Shown: positions 9,104 through 16,771, counted from the stretch's first letter. The stretch: 54,191 nucleotides of DNA from Acutalibacteraceae bacterium (GCA_963602035.1 CAVCHC010000003.1:1-54191), one strand, 5' to 3'. Numbers and translations are program-made. Notes: a model not told the origin generated them from the sequence alone.

Positions 9104-9781
9104 ATGTTTGGGAAAAAGAAAAGAGAGTTGGTTACGTCCGGGTCGGGCGACCTTAACAGTATGGTTGAGCTTACGCTTTTAGACCCGCGCGCGACTGAAA
9201 AGGACGTTTTTTCGCTTTGTAATATTGCTTATAAAAACAGGTTTGCGGGCGTTGTTGTTTTTCCTATGTATGTTAAAACGGCTAAGGAGTTTATAGCAAA
9301 AAAACTTGACGACGCGATTAAGGTTATTGCCGCGATTGACTTTCCGTTTGGCGGCGGCGAGGTGTCTGTGGTTGTGGCGGCGGCCAAAAAGGCGTTTAGC
9401 GACGGAGCGGACGAGGTTGACGTGTGCGTTAATACGGGCAAAATTAAGGATGGCAATTTTAAAGACATCAAAACGTGTTTTTCGCGTATCGTTCGGGCAA
9501 GCAAGGGCAAAATTACAAAGGCCACGATTGAAACAAGTTTTCTTAACCGCGAAGAATTGAGTTCTCTTATGCGCGTTTTGGTTAAGGCGAAAGTTGATTT
9601 TGTTATGACCAACACGGGCTTTGGCGATGGCGGGGCGACGCCTGAAATCGTTGAAACCCTTAACGCGATGGGCAAGGGCAAGGTTAAGGTTAAAGCGTCG
9701 GGCGGGGTAACCAACCGCATTATCGCTAACGACTGCGTAAGGATGGGCGCCGAACGAATTGGCACCAGTCGCGTGATTTAA
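9104..9781 (+). CDS. DeoC/LacD-family class I aldolase-like protein (deoxyribose-phosphate aldolase homologue lacking the canonical Schiff-base Lys)
   Basis: 225 aa. GADEVDVCVN, TKATIETS and KVKVKASGG align with DERA motifs (E. coli D102, K137, K201). The DFIKTSTG motif reads DFVMTNTG here, placing Met168 (codon 9605-9607) at the K167 position. Confidence 0.65.
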   Translation: MFGKKKRELVTSGSGDLNSMVELTLLDPRATEKDVFSLCNIAYKNRFAGVVVFPMYVKTAKEFIAKKLDDAIKVIAAIDFPFGGGEVSVVVAAAKKAFSDGADEVDVCVNTGKIKDGNFKDIKTCFSRIVRASKGKITKATIETSFLNREELSSLMRVLVKAKVDFVMTNTGFGDGGATPEIVETLNAMGKGKVKVKASGGVTNRIIANDCVRMGAERIGTSRVI

Positions 9782-9994
9782 AATCTTGTTGATGAATTGT
9801 TGTTTTGTGACGGTAAAGCAAGTGGCTTACAAAAATTTAATAAATTAAAGACGCAGAATTGGCGCAAAAAACGAAAGGACGAAAGTGATAAACTTTATAA
9901 AAATAAATTTACAAAAAACGCAAAATTGTAAAATTGCAATTTGAAAAAAAACGCAAAATTGGCGTAAATGCGTGAAAAAAGTAAGGAAAAATTG

Positions 9995-10402
9995 ATGGAA
10001 AAATTTATAACGAAAAACAGTGAAGAAACGGCTGATTTGGCTAAAAATATCGCAAAAAAGTGCAAAAAGGGCGATATTTTATTGCTTTTTGGCGATTTGG
10101 GGGCGGGTAAAACCGTGTTTTCTAAGGGTTTTGTTAGTGCGTTTTCTGGCGCGCAGGTGACGTCGCCTACGTTTACGATTGTGAACACCTATGAGGGCGA
10201 TGTGCCCGTTTATCACTTTGATTTGTATCGCATAAATGACGCCGAGGAACTTTTTATGATTGGCATTGAAGAGTATCTTTATGGCGATGGTATAACCCTT
10301 GTTGAGTGGCCAGAGCGCGCCATTGAAGTTTTTCCTAAATCTGCCAAACGCGTGACGATTAAAAAACTTGACGACACGCGCCGCGAGATTACGGTTGAGT
10401 AA
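9995..10402 (+). CDS. tsaE: tRNA t6A37 biosynthesis ATPase TsaE
   Basis: P-loop GDLGAGKT followed by SPTFT(I/L)V and YHFDLYR motifs typical of YjeE/TsaE. ATG 9995 is preferred (AAGGAAAA RBS). An in-frame ATG at 9968 is an alternative. Confidence 0.85.
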   Translation: MEKFITKNSEETADLAKNIAKKCKKGDILLLFGDLGAGKTVFSKGFVSAFSGAQVTSPTFTIVNTYEGDVPVYHFDLYRINDAEELFMIGIEEYLYGDGITLVEWPERAIEVFPKSAKRVTIKKLDDTRREITVE

Positions 10403-10537
10403 ATGATACTGGCGTGATTGCGGTCGAGTAAATTTTAAATGCGTTACGATGTGCGGGTTGAAAGATGCGCGGATTGAAAAAGGTCTTAGGTTTTTGTTAA
10501 GATGCGCGGGTTGAAAAAGACTTTGAATTTGTGTTAT
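10385..10537. repeat. degenerate tandem echoes following the tsaE 3-prime end
   Basis: Two 29-bp units: 10385-10413 (gagattacggttgagtaaatgatactggc, containing the tsaE stop) and 10414-10442 (gtgattgcggtcgagtaaattttaaatgc). Then come ~37-bp units gatgcgcgg(a/g)ttgaaaaag.ctt...tgt.tta at 10464-10500 and 10501-10537, with a partial copy at 10448-10463. Confidence 0.8.
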
Positions 10538-10583
10538 GTTTGTGTTAAAAAAGCTGAATTTAAAAAGTAAAGGAATGAAAGGT

Positions 10584-11234
10584 ATGGTTAATTTGTGTTT
10601 AGATTTGTCAGCGGGGAACCACATTGCGCTTTTGGGCGACGGGTTTGTTGAGGAAAGGCTGCCGCAAAAGGGCGACGTGAAAAGCGACGACTGTTTAAAG
10701 GTGGTGGACGAGTTTTTAGGTAAGCACGGCCTTAAAATCGGCGACGTCGATGTTATCACGGTGTGTGTTGGGCCGGGTAGTTTCACGGGGCTTAGGGTTG
10801 GTGTGACGCTAGCGAAGGGGCTAAGCGCGGTTAACCCGATTAAGATTGCGGCGGTTGACGGCTTTGCGCTTTTGAGGGGGACGGCGGCGCCCGTTTCAAA
10901 AACCGACCGAAACGTTTATGTCATCAACGGGTTTGGCGATTTTTATTACGTTCAGTTTTGTGGCGAAAGCAAGTGCGTGGCGACGGCTGAGGTTATTAAT
11001 TTGATTAATAAGGCTAAACAAAATGGCGGGCGCGTTGTTACAAGCGAGTTGGTCATGAGAAAACTTGGCCTTGAAGACGCGGTTATTGCGACGCCGCAAC
11101 TAGTGAAGGTGGCACGCGAACTTGAAAATGGCGGCAATTTTGTTGACCCCGACGCGCTTGAACCACTGTACTTGCGCGCAAGCCAAGCCGAAATCGAAAG
11201 AGAGAAAAAATTGAAAGGTGGTAATAGGACTTAA
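10584..11234 (+). CDS. tsaB: tRNA t6A37 biosynthesis protein TsaB
   Basis: GPGSFTGLRVGVTLAKGL is the hallmark of TsaB/YeaZ. The N-terminus MVNLCLDLSAG fits the M-x-x-L-x-I-D-T-S pattern. Start chosen at ATG 10584, with in-frame ATGs also at 10536 and 10575. Confidence 0.8.
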   Translation: MVNLCLDLSAGNHIALLGDGFVEERLPQKGDVKSDDCLKVVDEFLGKHGLKIGDVDVITVCVGPGSFTGLRVGVTLAKGLSAVNPIKIAAVDGFALLRGTAAPVSKTDRNVYVINGFGDFYYVQFCGESKCVATAEVINLINKAKQNGGRVVTSELVMRKLGLEDAVIATPQLVKVARELENGGNFVDPDALEPLYLRASQAEIEREKKLKGGNRT

Positions 11235-11282
11235 CCCCCTCTGTCGCTATGCGACGACCCTCCCCCAAGGGGGCGGAGCTTG
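11225..11282 (+). repeat. interspersed repeat family C, copy 1
   Basis: taggacttaaccccctctgtcgctatgcgacgaccctcccccaagggggcggagcttg aligns with 31226-31298. It overlaps the last three codons and stop of tsaB. It contains the GTCGC-TAT-GCGAC hairpin and a C-run/G-run pairing. Confidence 0.7.
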
Positions 11283-11300
11283 TTTAACATATTAATAATC

Positions 11301-11337
11301 AACTAACTTTTAACTTTTCACTCTTCACTTTTAACTA
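11301..11337. repeat. hexamer array (AACTTT/TCACTT type)
   Basis: aactaacttttaacttttcactcttcacttttaacta, with 6-nt periodicity. Confidence 0.65.
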
Positions 11338-11359
11338 CTAAGCATCGCGTGGTTTTGGG

Positions 11360-11394
11360 GATTGCCACGTCGCTGGCACTCCTCGCAATGACAG
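11360..11394 (+). repeat. GATTGCCACGTCGC-N-CTCCTCGCAATGACA motif copy
   Basis: gattgccacgtcgctggcactcctcgcaatgaca. The same motif occurs at 29187-29219 and 29408-29441, with a degenerate copy at 3002-3028. All four are plus-oriented. ATTGC...GCAAT forms a 5-bp inverted pair. Confidence 0.8.
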
Positions 11395-11442
11395 ATATTA
11401 ACAAGTCGATTGTTATATAATAATTTTGATAAGGAAGTAATG

Positions 11443-12036
11443 ATGGACAAACTAAGGATAACTAAGGCGGGGGTAGGCGATTTTGAACCTATCTTTGCGC
11501 TTGAACAGGCGGTTTTTGGCCTTGAAAGCAAAGACAGCCTTTTGCGGGCGCTGCGCTCACCAAGTTTTGACTATTTTAAGGCCGAAATAAACAATGGCGC
11601 GGCTGAGGCAGGTAATCTGGTCACTGCGGCGGCTGGGAGTGACAAGGTGGCCGGTAGTGAGAATTCGGCGGCTGACAATGCTAAGACGGCTGGTAGTGAG
11701 AACGCGGCGGCTGGTAATGCTAAGGCGGCTGAGGCGGGGCGCAGGCTAGTTGGCTTTATTGCTACCAACAACTTGTCGCCGGAAGGTGAGATTTTGTCAG
11801 TAGCGGTGGATGAAAATGCGCGTAACAAGGGGGTTGGCAAGGCGCTTTTGTCACACGCGCTGGGGTATTTGAAAACTAAGGGCGTTGAGAAGGTGTTTTT
11901 GGAGGTCGCAGTTGACAACGTGGCGGCGATTGCGCTTTATCGGGGTGCGGGGTTTGACGACCTGTACGTACGAAAAGACTATTATAATGACCACGGGCAC
12001 GGCGTTGACGCGCTGATTTTGGTAAAAAACATTTAA
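11443..12036 (+). CDS. rimI: ribosomal-protein-alanine N-acetyltransferase (GNAT) with a low-complexity insert
   Basis: GNAT motif A (VDENARNKGVGKALL) in its usual position after tsaE-tsaB. ATG 11443 is preferred, 5 nt after AAGGAAG. A ~49-aa A/G/S/N-rich insert sits at aa 52-100. Confidence 0.75.
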   Translation: MDKLRITKAGVGDFEPIFALEQAVFGLESKDSLLRALRSPSFDYFKAEINNGAAEAGNLVTAAAGSDKVAGSENSAADNAKTAGSENAAAGNAKAAEAGRRLVGFIATNNLSPEGEILSVAVDENARNKGVGKALLSHALGYLKTKGVEKVFLEVAVDNVAAIALYRGAGFDDLYVRKDYYNDHGHGVDALILVKNI

Positions 12037-12140
12037 CGGCGATAAAATTAACACGCTGATTTGGTTAAAAATATTTAATGGCGAAATGACGACAAACTGA
12101 TTTTGGTAAAAACATTTAATGGCAAAATGACGACACGTTG
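12011..12140. repeat. degenerate 43-bp tandem repeat starting in the rimI 3-prime end
   Basis: Units are 12011-12053 (cgctgattttggtaaaaaacatttaacggcgataaaattaaca, containing the rimI stop), 12054-12096 and 12097-~12138. A fourth, decayed copy extends to ~12170. Confidence 0.85.
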
Positions 12141-12210
12141 GTTTCAAGTTAAAATATTTAATTTTGACATTTTTAGGGCGGGGTGCATAAGAAAAAGCAG
12201 AGGGCTTTTT

Positions 12211-12924
12211 ATGGACAACTCCGTTTTGACGTTTGGCGAAAAGGGCAACCCCGCGATTGTGTTTTTTCATGGGTGGGGTGGCGGTTTTTCGTCTTTTTTG
12301 TTTTTTGCGCAACAACTTTCAAAAAAGTATTTTTGCGTTGTTTTTGACTTTAACGAGATGATAAATTCGGCACCGCCTAAGCGGATGGAAGATTTTGCGC
12401 GCGAGGTTAAATCTACGCTTGACGAACTGAACGTTACGAGCGCCTTTGCGGTTGGGCATTCGTTTGGCGGGCGCGTAATTGCAAAAACCGCCACAATCTT
12501 TCCTGAAATTTTTAAAAAAATTTTGTTAGTTGATAGCGCGGGCTTGCCACCACGAAGAAGTTTGTGGTATCATATTAAAGTAGGGTGGTTTAAATTTAAC
12601 GTCCGCCTTGCGCGCGCGGGGCTTATTAAAAAAGAACGCCTGGCGCGGTTTGGGTCACGCGATTATATGGCTTTAAATAGCGTGGCTAAACAGACTTTTA
12701 AAAATGTGGTTAATGAAAACTTGACGCCGTGTTTTGCGTCCATCCGCGTGCCGACTCTAATCTTTTGGGGCGAAAAAGACCGCGAGACGCCGCCCGCTAT
12801 GGCCAAAAAGCTTAACAAAATAATCAAGGATAGCGGCATAGTTTGGGTAAATGGCGCGGGGCATTTTAGTTATCTTGACGCGCCGCAGTTGTTTATGGCG
12901 GTTGTTTTAGAGTTTTTTAAATAG
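12211..12924 (+). CDS. alpha/beta-fold hydrolase
   Basis: HGWGG oxyanion-hole motif, GHSFGG nucleophile elbow and a C-terminal GAGHF histidine. Start moved to ATG 12211 because the ORF-track extension (12103-12210) is made of the rimI-derived tandem repeat. Confidence 0.75.
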   Translation: MDNSVLTFGEKGNPAIVFFHGWGGGFSSFLFFAQQLSKKYFCVVFDFNEMINSAPPKRMEDFAREVKSTLDELNVTSAFAVGHSFGGRVIAKTATIFPEIFKKILLVDSAGLPPRRSLWYHIKVGWFKFNVRLARAGLIKKERLARFGSRDYMALNSVAKQTFKNVVNENLTPCFASIRVPTLIFWGEKDRETPPAMAKKLNKIIKDSGIVWVNGAGHFSYLDAPQLFMAVVLEFFK

Positions 12925-13000
12925 CGGTGAAATGGCCGCTGCGAGTAAACACACTGACTTGAAATAAGGACGGCCGCTGAGGATAAATGCGTTGGCGTAA
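12919..13000. repeat. degenerate echo of the hydrolase 3-prime end
   Basis: aaatagcggtgaaatggccgctgcgagtaaac... (12919-12961, containing the stop) is echoed by aaataaggacggccgctgaggataaatgc... (12962 onward). Confidence 0.6.
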
Positions 13001-13240
13001 AAATATGTGTGGCGGATAGCCTAAGGTTAATCGCTTATTTAATCGTATTGACGGTGGCGGGTAGACATCCATTGTTGGATATTGCGACGATGTTTGTAGA
13101 TAATCGCGCTGGTAACAAAAAAGTGGCGATGTTTTACGTAAATAATTAGATAGATACTTAGATAAATACGCTAACTTAAATATAAATACACTTACTTAAA
13201 TATGTGAGGCGGGCTTAATAAAGGAATGCTTGGAGGAGAT

Positions 13241-14911
13241 ATGAATTTGAATTTGTTGTTGGCTGAACCTGTTAATATGCCAGCCCCTTTGGGGTTTGAC
13301 AGTTGGCTTACGTTTTGGCTTGTTATCGTTATTTCGGCCGTTAATGCGGCTATGCTTTGTATGGCGGGGTACCGATTTTTGCAGGTTTTGCAGCTTTCTA
13401 ACTATCGGCTTAGCGGGTACGTAAGCTGGATAAAAGAAGACAAGGGCGCGTATTGGGGGCGGCTTGTTATTTTGACGTTTTTAAGTTCGGCCGCGCTTTT
13501 GATAACCAACGTGCTTTTAGAAAACTTTTTCGTTTATAAAATTATGACGTATTTGGGGCTGGTTTTCTATTTTCTGTTTGTTACGATTTTTGTTATCAAC
13601 CAGTTTAACGTGCCGAAAAAAACGCCGCTGCAATACACTCACCGAATGAACAGGCTTATTGGCGTTATGTTTGTTTTGATATTTACGGCGACGCTGTTTT
13701 TGCTTAATTTTACTACCATCTACGTGCCGTTTTTTAAGTATGGCGCGGTTGGGTTTACGCCTATGCTTTTGCCGATATTTATCTTGATTGCTTATTTTAT
13801 CACGTGGCCGTATGAAAAGCTTAACAACAGGCATTTTATCAAACTTGCTGAAAAGAAATTAAGCACGCGTGACGACCTTATTCGTATCGGCATAACGGGC
13901 AGCTTTGGCAAAACCAGCGTTAAAAACATTCTTGCAACGATGCTTAGTGAAAAGTACAGCGTGTGCGCGTCGCCATACAGTTTTAACACGCCGCTTGGAA
14001 TTTCAAAAACAATCAACGAAAACCTTGAAAGTTCGCACCAAATTTTTATCGCCGAAATGGGCGCAAGGTATAAGGGCGACATCGCCGAACTTTGTGAACT
14101 TGTTAAGCCAAGTATCGGCGTTTTAACGGGCATTGGCAATCAGCATCTTGCCACGTTTAAAACCCAAGAAACCCTTAATGCAACTAAGTTTGAGTTGGTT
14201 GAGGGGACAAGCGGGGTTGTATTCTTTAACGGCGATAAAGAGAGTATGAAGCCGCTTATTGACAAAACGAATAAGACCAAATTTGTTTCAAACATAACGG
14301 CGACGGACGGGCTTATTCACATCGAAAACCTTAAAACCACGCTTGAAGGAAGCGAGTTTGACCTTGTGACCGTCACGGGGCGGGCGCATGCTAAAACGCA
14401 ACTTCTTGGCAAGCACAATGTTTCAAACATCCTTTTGTGCGCGATGGTTGCGTTTCACCTTGGGCTTACGCTTGACGAGATTGCGCACGCGACAGGTAAA
14501 CTTACGCCAGTCAGTCACCGGCTTGCGCTTATGCCATCGGCCAATTCACTTATTGTTATTGATGATGCATATAATGGAAGTGTTGAGGGGGCAAGGGCTG
14601 CTCTTGACGTTTTGGGTGAGTTTGAAGGCAAAAAGTTTGTTATAACCCCCGGCCTTGTTGAGCTTGGAAGCGAGCAGTTTAACTCTAATTTTGAGTTTGG
14701 GCGTGACCTGGCGCGCGTGGCCGACTTTGTTATCATCAATGGCATAACCAACTTTGACGCAATTTCAAGCGGGCTGGTTTTTGCGGGTTTTGACCCTGAC
14801 AAAATCTTGCGCGCGGGCAGCACTAAGCAGGCCGTTGAGGTTATGAGCAAGTTTTCAAAAGCGGGGGACGTGGTTTTGTTTGAAAACGATTTGCCAGATA
14901 ACTTTGCCTAA
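13241..14911 (+). CDS. murF: UDP-N-acetylmuramoyl-tripeptide--D-alanyl-D-alanine ligase (MurF) fused to an N-terminal 5-TM membrane module
   Basis: Mur ligase P-loop GITGSFGKTSVK. C-terminal motifs HRL, DDAYNGSVEGARAAL and PGLVELGSEQ align with E. coli MurF (GRL, DDSYNANVGSMTAAV, GDMAELGAES). It lies immediately upstream of ddl. The first ~190 aa form five hydrophobic helices instead of the usual MurF domain 1. GGAGG RBS before ATG 13241, with an alternative ATG at 13226. Confidence 0.8.
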   Translation: MNLNLLLAEPVNMPAPLGFDSWLTFWLVIVISAVNAAMLCMAGYRFLQVLQLSNYRLSGYVSWIKEDKGAYWGRLVILTFLSSAALLITNVLLENFFVYKIMTYLGLVFYFLFVTIFVINQFNVPKKTPLQYTHRMNRLIGVMFVLIFTATLFLLNFTTIYVPFFKYGAVGFTPMLLPIFILIAYFITWPYEKLNNRHFIKLAEKKLSTRDDLIRIGITGSFGKTSVKNILATMLSEKYSVCASPYSFNTPLGISKTINENLESSHQIFIAEMGARYKGDIAELCELVKPSIGVLTGIGNQHLATFKTQETLNATKFELVEGTSGVVFFNGDKESMKPLIDKTNKTKFVSNITATDGLIHIENLKTTLEGSEFDLVTVTGRAHAKTQLLGKHNVSNILLCAMVAFHLGLTLDEIAHATGKLTPVSHRLALMPSANSLIVIDDAYNGSVEGARAALDVLGEFEGKKFVITPGLVELGSEQFNSNFEFGRDLARVADFVIINGITNFDAISSGLVFAGFDPDKILRAGSTKQAVEVMSKFSKAGDVVLFENDLPDNFA

Positions 14912-14923
14912 AAAAGGAGGGCT

Positions 14924-16249
14924 ATGGAAACAATCGGTTTCATTTTTGGCGGGAAGTCGGCCGAGCACGAGGTGTCGGTTATAACCGCAATGCAGATAAT
15001 TTCAGCTTACACTAAGGAAGAATGCAACGTTCTTCCTATTTTTTTGGATAAAAGCAATAATTGGTTTGTTTTTGACGCAAAAAAGGTTGCTTTAAGTGAC
15101 TTTGCGCGCGAAAAACTTGACGCTAAGATTTTTTCACCCGTGCGGCTTGATAAAAGTGAAATGTGCCTAATTTTGCAGCGCGGGAAGAGGGCAGAAAAGA
15201 TTAAACTTGACGCGTGCGTTAACCTGTGTCACGGCGGACTTGGCGAAAATGGGCAACTTGTTGGCGAGTTTGAGGCGTGCGGCATTCCCATCTCATCGGG
15301 CGACAGCATCGGTCTTGGCGTGGCGTTTGATAAGGTACTTAGCAAGTTTTTGTGCGCGGCGGATGGCATACCCGTTTTGCCTTGCGTTTGGTTTTTTAAA
15401 GACGAGTGGGAGAACGCGCCGACCAAGATTATAAGCGAGCTTAATCGTATGAAATTTCCGCTTATCGTAAAGCCCGCGCGGCAGGGGAGTTCGATTGGCA
15501 TAAGCCGCGTAAACAACGCTACTGAACTGGTTTCGGCCGTGCGCGTTGCCTTTGAGTTTGACAACAAGGTTTTGGTTGAACACGCGATTGAGAACGCACG
15601 CGAGTTTAACTGCTCAGCGCTTGGAATGGCGGGCGACGACGTGATGATTAGCGACGTTGACGAGCCGATAAAAAAACACCAACTTTTGTCTTTTGAAGAC
15701 AAATACATTGGCGACGCGAAAGGTGTAAGTATATCAAAATTTGGCAATGCGAAAGGCGTGGGGCTCATCAATAACGTCGACGCGAAAGGCGCGGGTGACG
15801 CAAGAGGCGGCGTTTTGGCGGGCGGTTCTTCTGGCGCGTTTGGCGAGAAGGTTGTAAGCGCAGGGCAGGCTAAAAATGGCGATGAGGGCGGCACGAAGGT
15901 AGCTAATTCGTCGGGCGGAATTAAGGGCGGCGCGTTGTCAGCAAGCGGCGGGCGAATCTATCTTAAAGATGCGAAACTGGCCAAAAAGGTAAGGGAGTTG
16001 ACGGCGCAGGCGTTTAGGCTGCACGGGCTTAGGGGGGTGTGTCGCGTTGACTTTTTGTTTGACCCTAAGCGCAAAAAACTTTATCTTAATGAAATCAACA
16101 CCATACCGGGGTCGCTGGCGTTTTATTTTTGGACGCGCGCGGGGATGAGCACAACAGCGTTTGTTGACCGCCTTATCGAAATCGCAAAAACCGCGAACGC
16201 AAGAAAGGCCGAACTGAAAGACGAGTATATAACGAAACTGCTAAAATAG
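14924..16249 (+). CDS. ddl: D-alanine--D-alanine ligase with an ~80-aa glycine-rich insert
   Basis: GGKSAEHEVS N-terminal motif, ATP-grasp core (IVKPARQGSSIGI) and C-terminal RVDFLF...LNEINTIPG. At 441 aa it is longer than the usual ~300-370 aa. AGGAGGG RBS. Confidence 0.9.
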   Translation: METIGFIFGGKSAEHEVSVITAMQIISAYTKEECNVLPIFLDKSNNWFVFDAKKVALSDFAREKLDAKIFSPVRLDKSEMCLILQRGKRAEKIKLDACVNLCHGGLGENGQLVGEFEACGIPISSGDSIGLGVAFDKVLSKFLCAADGIPVLPCVWFFKDEWENAPTKIISELNRMKFPLIVKPARQGSSIGISRVNNATELVSAVRVAFEFDNKVLVEHAIENAREFNCSALGMAGDDVMISDVDEPIKKHQLLSFEDKYIGDAKGVSISKFGNAKGVGLINNVDAKGAGDARGGVLAGGSSGAFGEKVVSAGQAKNGDEGGTKVANSSGGIKGGALSASGGRIYLKDAKLAKKVRELTAQAFRLHGLRGVCRVDFLFDPKRKKLYLNEINTIPGSLAFYFWTRAGMSTTAFVDRLIEIAKTANARKAELKDEYITKLLK

Positions 16250-16256
16250 GCAATAT

Positions 16257-16292
16257 TTCAACTTTAAACTTTTAACTTTCAACTTTAATTTT
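16257..16292. repeat. hexamer array (CAACTT type) between convergent ddl and the HTH gene
   Basis: tttcaactttaaacttttaactttcaactttaatttta. It is closely related to 20261-20283. Confidence 0.75.
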
Positions 16293-16629
16293 AGTGCTGG
16301 GTGATTTTGGCGAGGGTGTGGTTGATTTTTAAAAGGGCGGTTTTTATAACGGCGTCTTGCGTTGCGCTTGCGCCGATTAAAAGCGACTGAATTTTTTGCA
16401 TTTCGGCGGCGGTAAGATAGTTGCTTTCAAGGTCAAAATCGGGGGAAATTTCAATTCCTCCGTTTTTTCCTTGCGTGCAAAAAATGGGAAGCCCCGCGGC
16501 GCTGATTTGGTCAACATACCGATAAATGGTTTTAACCGACACCTCAAACTTTCGCGCAAGTTGGGCGCTTGTACACTTTTTCTTTTCAATAAGGGTTAAA
16601 ATTATCCCGAATATTACAAAATTGTTCAT
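16291..16629 (-). CDS. small HTH transcriptional regulator (HTH_11/DeoR-N-type winged helix)
   Basis: ILTLIEKKKCTSAQLARKFEVSVKTIYRYVDQISAAGLPI resembles the YafY/DeoR-like N-terminal HTH, with no effector domain. Start set at ATG 16629 (AAGGG RBS). The ORF-track start is 16668. Confidence 0.6.
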   Translation of the reverse strand: MNNFVIFGIILTLIEKKKCTSAQLARKFEVSVKTIYRYVDQISAAGLPIFCTQGKNGGIEISPDFDLESNYLTAAEMQKIQSLLIGASATQDAVIKTALLKINHTLAKITQH

Positions 16630-16771
16630 AGCCCTTATTATATGCAAACGCGCAAAAAAGGCAAACAAAAATAAACATATGTTTATAAATTGTGCAAGTT
16701 GTACATAAAATTAGGGCAAAAAGTCAAGCGGTTTCTTACAAAAACGCAAATAAAAGAGTTGGTTAATTTAT

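Noticed and set aside
10079-10786. 235-aa minus-strand ORF spanning tsaE, the spacer and tsaB
   Set aside because: It is antisense to two recognisable genes and reads through the repeat-filled spacer. No motif or RBS is present.
12011-12140. Possibility that the tandem repeats (here and at 1318-1440, 10385-10537, 26071-26190) are CRISPR arrays
   Set aside because: The units are contiguous with no repeat-spacer alternation. They decay progressively in identity, are only 2-4 copies long and derive from the adjacent gene end. No cas genes are in the window.
12103-12210. N-terminal extension of the alpha/beta hydrolase ORF
   Set aside because: The extension is encoded by the 43-bp tandem echo of the rimI 3-prime end, and the hydrolase fold begins right after Met at 12211.
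15229-15894. 221-aa minus-strand ORF antisense to ddl
   Set aside because: It is a shadow of the GC-rich, repeat-containing ddl insert region. The product is P/S/A-rich low complexity.
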